Shown here: in pieces, positions 57,639 through 64,000 of the stretch
Position numbering within the stretch: the stretch's first letter is position 1
Layout of the letters: each line of letters starts with the position of its first letter
Source: Acidobacteriota bacterium
GTDB lineage: Bacteria > Acidobacteriota > UBA6911 > RPQK01 > JAJDTT01
Assembly: GCA_965263035.1 (NCBI GenBank)
Contig: OZ253580.1
Location: 4,512,001-4,576,000 of the forward strand
Direction: 5' to 3'
DNA length: 64,000 nt
Made by a program: the position numbers and the translations under genes
Notes under the pieces: generated by a model
Told to the model about the DNA's origin: nothing
What the model saw: only the letters and a program-made list of their open reading frames with translations
Databases searched by the model: none

Positions 57639-57827
57639 TGAACTATCCTCAGTTACAAGACAATTCTACAGGAAAGTCCCTATACTTGTCAACCCCTTGT
57701 CGGGACTTTTGTATATAATCCCCTAAAAAATCGCCCCTTCTGGGGATTGGGCGACTGTAAAGTCTCCACTCCCAGGTGGGCGACAAGGTTGTCGCTTTTC
57801 CAATCACCTTTGCATGTTTCTGGGAAA

Positions 57828-57904
<77 letters not shown>

Positions 57905-58030
57905 GCCGACGGGCCGCTCGGACCCGGACCTGTAATATCCCGTATTTCAACGGTCCCGTCTACTTTGGCAATGCCGCCCGCCGTCGGACACGAAATGTGC
58001 TAAGACAGTTCGTTGTGGTAATTTAGCCTC

Positions 58031-58798
58031 ATGGACGAACGAGAACGCCGCTTGGCCCTCTTCCTCGACCTGGAGAATCTGGCTCTGGGCTTCGAGAAGG
58101 GACACAATCGAACCCGGTTCAACATCGACAAGGTGCTGGAGCGTCTGGTGGAAAAGGGGAAGATCCTGGTCAAGGAAGCGTATGCCGACTGGTCGCGTTT
58201 TTCCGACTACAAGCAGGAGCTTCATGAGTCCGCCTTCGAGCTGATCGACATTCCCAAGCGGAGCATGACGGGCAAGAATTCGGCCGACATCCGGCTCTGC
58301 GTGGATGCCATGGACCTCTGTTTCTCCAAGGATCACATCGACACCTTCGTCATCCTCTCCGGGGACAGTGACTTCTCCCCCCTGGCTTCGAAGCTGAAGG
58401 AGAACGGCAAGCACGTGATCGGCCTGGGAGCCCAGGGAAGCACTTCCCAGATGCTGGTGGACAACTGCGACGAGTTCATGTTCTACGAGGAGCTGGACCA
58501 GGTCGCCACCAAGCCGCCTCGCTTGAACACCCGTATCGCCAAAGAGAAACGCCCCGCCTTTCAGCTCCTGATCGAGTCGATCCTGGCGCTGATGCGCGAA
58601 AACAAGGAAGTGATCTACTCCTCCATGGTCAAGCAGACCATGAAGCGGAAACAGCCCGCCTTCAACGAATCCAGGTTCGGCTACCGGACCTTTTCGGCCC
58701 TCTTGGAGGAAGCCGCCAACTTCAACCTGGTGGTTCTGGGGGAGGACGCCCGGAGCGGCACCTACGTGATCCGGGGTTTCGGAACAGAATCCAATTGA
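58031..58798 (+). CDS. NYN (LabA/DUF88) domain protein with C-terminal OST-HTH/LOTUS
   Basis: FLDLENL, AYADW, GKNSADIRL.VDAMD, SGDSDFSPL, FNE..FGY.TFS.LLE. Confidence 0.9.
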   Translation: MDERERRLALFLDLENLALGFEKGHNRTRFNIDKVLERLVEKGKILVKEAYADWSRFSDYKQELHESAFELIDIPKRSMTGKNSADIRLCVDAMDLCFSKDHIDTFVILSGDSDFSPLASKLKENGKHVIGLGAQGSTSQMLVDNCDEFMFYEELDQVATKPPRLNTRIAKEKRPAFQLLIESILALMRENKEVIYSSMVKQTMKRKQPAFNESRFGYRTFSALLEEAANFNLVVLGEDARSGTYVIRGFGTESN

Positions 58799-58859
58799 GA
58801 GCCTCCTGGCACCCGAAGGGCAGGATCGCGCTCGCGTCCCTTGCCGCGAAAAAACCGGG

Positions 58860-59321
58860 ATGAGAATCGTCCGGGTCACCGCCGTCACCGGAGAGATCGT
58901 CGAGTCCCTCGGCCGGCTGATCCCTCAACTCTCCACCTCGGCAGCGATTCCCACTGCCGATCAACTGGAACGCCTCGTTGCCGACGGCGCCGCCCAATTG
59001 CTCATTGCTCGGGACCCGGACCAGGAAGACCGGATCGTGGGCACCCTGACCCTGATCCTGTTCCGGATCCCCACCGGGGTCCGGGCCTGGATCGAGGACG
59101 TGGTGGTGGACGAGTCGGCTCGAAGACGCGGAGTCGGCGAGCTCCTCTGCCGAGCCGCCATCGAACGGGCCCGGTCCGCCGCCGCCCGAAACGTGAATCT
59201 CACCTCCCGGTCCGCACGCAAGGCCGCCAACCGCCTCTACCGGCGCCTCGGTTTCTCATTGCGGCAGACCAACCTGTACCGGTACTCGCTGGAGGAGGAT
59301 AATGCGCCGCCGCCCGGATAG
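58860..59321 (+). CDS. GNAT family N-acetyltransferase
   Basis: IEDVVVDE.ARRRGVG, LTS..R.AAN.LY..LGF. Confidence 0.9.
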   Translation: MRIVRVTAVTGEIVESLGRLIPQLSTSAAIPTADQLERLVADGAAQLLIARDPDQEDRIVGTLTLILFRIPTGVRAWIEDVVVDESARRRGVGELLCRAAIERARSAAARNVNLTSRSARKAANRLYRRLGFSLRQTNLYRYSLEEDNAPPPG

Positions 59322-59433
59322 GCCACGGAGGTAAATTCGGGTAAAGGCGCCACAGAGATACTCTCGATTCTCTTGCTTTGCAGCTAGCGTCCGAACAGAC
59401 GCTCACTGGTCTTGCCACAGTGTGGAGGAATTC

Positions 59434-62229
59434 ATGAGCTACGCTTACTGGCGAAAATGCGACCTTCAAGTGCATAGTCCGCGAGATCCGAACTGGACAG
59501 GTTTGAGGCCGGTTGGAATTCCCGAATCATGTATTCGGCAAGTCGATGCCAACAGGTTGCGATGGGCCAACGAATTCATTGATCAATGCGCGGCTAGACA
59601 ATTGAAAGCGGTGGCATTTACGGATCATCATGAAATGATCATGGTGCCATATGTTCAGAAGGCGATTGAAGAGCGCATGAATTGTGACCCCGACTTCGAT
59701 CTTTGGTTCTTTCCTGGCATGGAAATTACTGCAAGGGGAGGCAAGCAATGCATCATTATCTTTGACGCCGATCTCTCAGAGGATTGGCGTAAACAAGCCC
59801 AAGGAAAGCTAGGAATATTATTTGCCGATATTCAAGAGAAGCAAGCCATCGCATCCCCGGTCACACAGCTAGACGTTAGCTATCCAGAGATTGCTTGCTT
59901 ACTTGACGAACTGGAAGACCTGCGCGGTCGGTACATCGTCCTGCCCAACGTCTCACAGGGCGGCAGCCATACGGTCTTGACTCATGGTGGACATAAGGAT
60001 TTCCTTAATATGCCGTATGTAGGCGGCTATCTTGATAAAGGGCAGACTATAGACACGCTCCACCAAAGAAACAAATCACGTCTGTCGGGCGAAATATCGA
60101 AGTGGTCCCGCAGATCGATCTATCCACTTCCAACTTCGGACAGCCGGTCTGCGGCTTTCAGCAAGCTTGGAACGAACGACACTTGGATAAAAATCGCGGA
60201 GCCAACCGCCGAAGCAATCAGGCAGGCATTTCTTGCCAGTCAGTCCCGAATCCGGATCGAAGAACCGAAACTCCCGTCATTTGTGATCACCAAGGCAAGA
60301 GTCGAACACTCAACGATACTTGAGACAACAATCCTGCCTTTCAGTCCCGAGTTCAACGCAGTCATCGGCGGTCGCGGGAGTGGCAAGAGCACATTTCTAG
60401 AATATGTAGCATACGCACTGGGTCGGAGTTGTCACGACATACCTCGTGATCACTACTCGGGAACCAAGCGTATGCAGGCTCTTATCGAGTTATTCCGTTC
60501 GAATGACGGCTGCATATCGCTAGATGTTCAAATGGACAACTCGCCATTCTGGATCGTCCGTGGCCAGAACACTAAATTTCAGCCCCAAATTACCTACAAT
60601 GACGGAACGGTAGAAACGGTGACAGTCGAGGAGCTACGTCGCCTATTTCCGGCGGTTGTCTACAGTCAAGGCGAACTCGCAGGATTCGGCGGAGGAGATG
60701 CTAGTAAGACCCAACTTTCCGATCTGCTTCAGTTCGTCGATCCCGATTATAAGCAGAGCGACGATCAGTTTGACGCAAGAATCAGGAGGGCCAAGGCTGC
60801 CGTAAGGTCGGCGATTCAGGCGGTTATCGACGACTGGGAATGCCAGTCATCACTTCGGAAATTGCAAACTAAGGTCGCATCTCTGAAACAGCGTGCTGAG
60901 GCGTTGGACAAGACGCTTCCGAACCGCTCCGAAGAGGATGAGACAATTCTTACCCACTTCAATAATGTGAACGAGTTCAACACAAAAGTGTCCCAAGCAT
61001 CGAAACATTCTGACCAGATATTGCAGGATCTTAAATCGGATTTCTCGGAGTTGCGGTCCAAACGGAATGTGTCGGCACCCGTAGACGCTGTCGCAGCGAA
61101 GGTTCAACAGAGCTATCGTGATCTATACAATGTCTTCGTTTCCGGCATGACGACATTGTTAGACGATCTAACGGCGAAACGCGCTACTCTTTTGACCCAT
61201 GAATCTGAGTGGAAGCTGAGTTATGATGACGCGTTGAGCCGGCGAAACAGCGTGATGGAAAAGTTCGGCAACCAACAGGCCGTCACAAGGCAAATTATCA
61301 AGCTACGTGAGGAAATCAACCGATACGAGAACCAAATTGCAGACCTCAAACAAAATATGAAGGCCAGCGGAGATCCATCGGATCAATTGGATGCTGAGCT
61401 CACTAGGCTCCGGAGGATCACCGATGAGCGTAATCAGCGCACTCAGGAGTGGGCGGAGTCAATCGAGAGCCTGTCTAATGGGAAAATCAAGGCATCAGTC
61501 AGGGGCGCGGCTGATATTGAGGAGATTCGGGAGGCAATCGATGCCATTGCAGCTAAGACAGGCTCGTACGAGGCAACACGCAGCCGGGAGCTAGTGCAAG
61601 GACTCAGGGATCAAAGTGCATCCGAACTTGTCGAGCGGCTCCGAAGTGATTGTTTTGGTTTGTTGAAATGGCGCCAAATGCAGGCGTCTTACGGAGTAGA
61701 ACGACCCCAGTGCAACAGCCTCATGAAAATGCTGGGTGATACAAAGAGCATCCGAGATTCGGTCACTCGACTCATGAACGCAACGAGGTTGGAGGCGATC
61801 GCCACAGCTGTTGCAAAGCCAGCAATAGCCCTCCACTATTGCGACGGGGTTCGGGAGATTTCGTTCGACAAGGCATCCGATGGACAACGCGCGGCGGCAC
61901 TGCTGTTCATGTTGCTTGAGCAGCCAAACGGTCCCCTCATCATTGACCAGCCAGAAGGGGATCTTGATAATAGGATTATTACTGAGCTTACTGAGAAGCT
62001 GCACCATGCGAAGGAGAAACGCCAACTGGTCTTTTCCAGCCACAACGCAAACCTCGTCGTTAATGGATCGGCCGAGCTAGTCGGTCAGCTCGATGTAAAC
62101 GACGCCGGCGAGCGTCAGTTCGCATGTACCGGAGCCATCGATAGGCCAGAAGTCTGTGAGGTGATCACATCGACGATGGAAGGTGGCGAGAAGGCTTTCA
62201 GAGATCGACAGGAGAAATATGGCTACTAG
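59434..62229 (+). CDS. PHP phosphoesterase + ABC/AAA ATPase (TrlF/Ppl-like, candidate anti-phage protein)
   Basis: WRKCDLQVHSP, FTDHH, PGMEI, SDS; GGRGSGKST; coiled coil; SDGQR, IIDQPEGDLDN, SHNAN, MEGG..AF. Confidence 0.85.
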   Translation: MSYAYWRKCDLQVHSPRDPNWTGLRPVGIPESCIRQVDANRLRWANEFIDQCAARQLKAVAFTDHHEMIMVPYVQKAIEERMNCDPDFDLWFFPGMEITARGGKQCIIIFDADLSEDWRKQAQGKLGILFADIQEKQAIASPVTQLDVSYPEIACLLDELEDLRGRYIVLPNVSQGGSHTVLTHGGHKDFLNMPYVGGYLDKGQTIDTLHQRNKSRLSGEISKWSRRSIYPLPTSDSRSAAFSKLGTNDTWIKIAEPTAEAIRQAFLASQSRIRIEEPKLPSFVITKARVEHSTILETTILPFSPEFNAVIGGRGSGKSTFLEYVAYALGRSCHDIPRDHYSGTKRMQALIELFRSNDGCISLDVQMDNSPFWIVRGQNTKFQPQITYNDGTVETVTVEELRRLFPAVVYSQGELAGFGGGDASKTQLSDLLQFVDPDYKQSDDQFDARIRRAKAAVRSAIQAVIDDWECQSSLRKLQTKVASLKQRAEALDKTLPNRSEEDETILTHFNNVNEFNTKVSQASKHSDQILQDLKSDFSELRSKRNVSAPVDAVAAKVQQSYRDLYNVFVSGMTTLLDDLTAKRATLLTHESEWKLSYDDALSRRNSVMEKFGNQQAVTRQIIKLREEINRYENQIADLKQNMKASGDPSDQLDAELTRLRRITDERNQRTQEWAESIESLSNGKIKASVRGAADIEEIREAIDAIAAKTGSYEATRSRELVQGLRDQSASELVERLRSDCFGLLKWRQMQASYGVERPQCNSLMKMLGDTKSIRDSVTRLMNATRLEAIATAVAKPAIALHYCDGVREISFDKASDGQRAAALLFMLLEQPNGPLIIDQPEGDLDNRIITELTEKLHHAKEKRQLVFSSHNANLVVNGSAELVGQLDVNDAGERQFACTGAIDRPEVCEVITSTMEGGEKAFRDRQEKYGY

Positions 62230-62691
62230 TCCGGTTCCTTGCGATGATTCGGATAATGGGTGATTAAACTGGAAAACTGAGGAAGCATATCCTTAGATGC
62301 TGTTGGAGAACTGCACCAAGTTCATCGTCTGCGGGGAAGTGGAATTAGTCGCCACTTGGACGGCGTGTTGAGCGGCAGGATCGCAAGGAGAAACACTCCA
62401 ACTCTCGGCTCCTAATAGAGTCGATCCTATGGCTGACATGTGAGACTCGAAACAGGCACGCGGGATCGTGGGGACCTCGACACTGGTGTTCTCTTGGATA
62501 CCCACGGGCATACGATCCGACCCCATCCAGATGAGCCGTCCCGGTAGGTGTGCACGCCGGCGAGTGTGGATCGTTTCCCGCGTATCCCCCTTTGCAGCCA
62601 ACAGAGCCCCGCCAGTATAATCCCGGCGTCCGTGGCCCCCCGGAGGACCCGGGGCCGTTCATCCACTCATGCCTCAGACAGGTTGGAACCT

Positions 62692-63777
62692 ATGACCGAC
62701 ACATTGAAAATCGCGGTCGTCCCAGGCGACGGAACCGGCCCCGAAGTCACCAACGAAGCTCTCAAGGTGCTGGAGGCCGTGGCCCCGCTGGAAAACGTCC
62801 GGTACGAGCGGACCGACTTCGACTACGGCGGCGACCGCTACCTCGCCACCGGCGAGGTGATCACGGAAGCCCAGATCGACGAGCTGGGCCAGTTCGACGC
62901 CATCTACCTGGGCGCCATCGGACACCCCGGGGTAACCCCGGGCCTGCTGGAAAAGGGCCTCCTCCTCACCATCCGCTTCCAGCTCGACCAGTACATCAAC
63001 TTCCGTCCCGTCCGCCTCTACCCCGGCGTGGATTGCCCCCTAAAAGACAAGGGACCCGAGCACATCCGGTTCGACGTGGTCCGGGAGAACACCGAGGATC
63101 TCTATTGCGGCGCCGGCGGGTTCCTGCGCAAGAACACCCCCCAGGAGGTGGCCACGCAGGAGATGATCGCCACCCGCTTCGGGGTCGACCGCTGTCTGCG
63201 CTGGGCCTTCAAGCACTGCATCGGCCGGCAGGACCGCCTGCGCCTCACCCTGGTCCAAAAGACCAACGTCCTCACCTACGCCGCCGACCTCTGGGAGCGC
63301 GCCTTCCACGCCATGGGAAAAGCCGAATTCCCCCAGGTCAATCGCGACTACAACCACATCGACGCCGCCTGCATGTGGTTCGTCAAGAACCCCGAGTACT
63401 ACGACACCATCGTGGTCCCCAACATGTTCGGGGACATCATCACCGACCTGGGCGCCATGATTCAGGGGGGCCTGGGCGTGGCCTCCGGAGGCAACATCAA
63501 CCCGGAGCCGGGCGGCTGCAGCATGTTCGAGTGCATGGGAGGTTCGGCGCCCAAGTACACGGGCCAGAACGTCATCAATCCCATCGCCGCCATCGGAGCC
63601 ATGGGCATGTTGTTGAGGGTGCTGGGAGACCAGAAGGACCTTCCCAACCTGGTTCGCGCCGGAACGCGGGTGGACGACGCCATCGGCCGGACCACCCCCA
63701 AGATGAAGAGCATGTCCGCCGGCCGCATGGGCTACACCACGAGCGAGGTGGGGGACCTGGTGGCCGAAGCGCTTTAG
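62692..63777 (+). CDS. leuB: 3-isopropylmalate dehydrogenase
   Basis: IAVVPGDGTGPEV, RFQLDQYINFRP, VRENTE, NMFGDIITDL, GSAPKY; start MTDTLK at 62692. Confidence 0.88.
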   Translation: MTDTLKIAVVPGDGTGPEVTNEALKVLEAVAPLENVRYERTDFDYGGDRYLATGEVITEAQIDELGQFDAIYLGAIGHPGVTPGLLEKGLLLTIRFQLDQYINFRPVRLYPGVDCPLKDKGPEHIRFDVVRENTEDLYCGAGGFLRKNTPQEVATQEMIATRFGVDRCLRWAFKHCIGRQDRLRLTLVQKTNVLTYAADLWERAFHAMGKAEFPQVNRDYNHIDAACMWFVKNPEYYDTIVVPNMFGDIITDLGAMIQGGLGVASGGNINPEPGGCSMFECMGGSAPKYTGQNVINPIAAIGAMGMLLRVLGDQKDLPNLVRAGTRVDDAIGRTTPKMKSMSAGRMGYTTSEVGDLVAEAL

Positions 63778-63862
63778 GGAACCGTCACAAATTTCGGTTC
63801 GAGCAAAACGCCCACTGTTGGGGGGCTGGCAGTCCCGACATGGATTCTGGAGGAACATCGTC

Positions 63863-64000
63863 ATGAGACTCATCCATTACCCCGCGATCCTGGCGCTGGC
63901 CGCCCTCTTGTCGCTGCCCGCGGCCCTGGCCGGCGACGTCGTCGACATCGGCTCGCGACGCGAGCTGTTCGTGGATCATCTGCTCGTCGACCGGCTCGTG
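63863..64000 (+). CDS. Secreted protein, 5' end only (possible beta-propeller glycosidase-like)
   Basis: MRLIHYPAILALAALLSLPAALA signal, then DIGSRRELFVD; runs off window end. Confidence 0.6.
   Translation, partial: MRLIHYPAILALAALLSLPAALAGDVVDIGSRRELFVDHLLVDRLV

Larger units (their letters stand above)
56193..57723 (-). mobile_element. IS1595-family insertion sequence, 1531 bp
   Basis: Perfect 24-bp IRs ggggattatatacaaaagtcccga; 8-bp target duplication taaaaaat (56185-56192, 57724-57731). Confidence 0.95.

Noticed and set aside
62230-62691. Partner gene downstream of the PHP-ATPase
   Set aside because: Only short ORFs without recognisable motifs

Overview
High-GC bacterial chromosome segment. 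Gene content and order (rimP-nusA-infB-DUF503-DHH-truB, hrcA-grpE...dnaJ, DUF1549/DUF1553 and DUF1501 genes, a PKS remnant resembling sup clusters) suggest Acidobacteriota, possibly a sponge-associated lineage; this is inference. Core genes: 3' end of yggS, class II ribonucleotide reductase nrdJ, dnaJ, grpE, hrcA, lipoate ligase, HtrA, UvrD/PcrA, three M16 peptidases, a Pal/OmpA lipoprotein, a translation operon lacking rbfA, sirtuin, rfbD, D-cysteine desulfhydrase, leuB and tRNA-Arg(UCG). Accessory content: a ParB-like plus spore-photoproduct-lyase-like radical SAM pair, a zinc-type metal module (two CDFs, ZIP-like protein, His-rich TonB receptor), an RHH/PIN toxin-antitoxin pair, an Nramp-like permease with an unusual four-repeat insert, an intact IS1595 inserted in a REP loop, a NYN protein and a Ppl-like PHP-ATPase. 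The most distinctive signals are three small repeat families that have rewritten gene ends: a 162-bp ERIC-like TA-flanked element, a 159-bp CTAG/CCAG-flanked MITE with a 28-bp mini-derivative, and REP hairpins. Several deletion scars (PKS-PPTase, sugar operon, AAA ATPase, restriction enzyme) can be reconstructed from the sequence. Family assignments come from motif recognition, not database searches. I found no single system I can call new with confidence.
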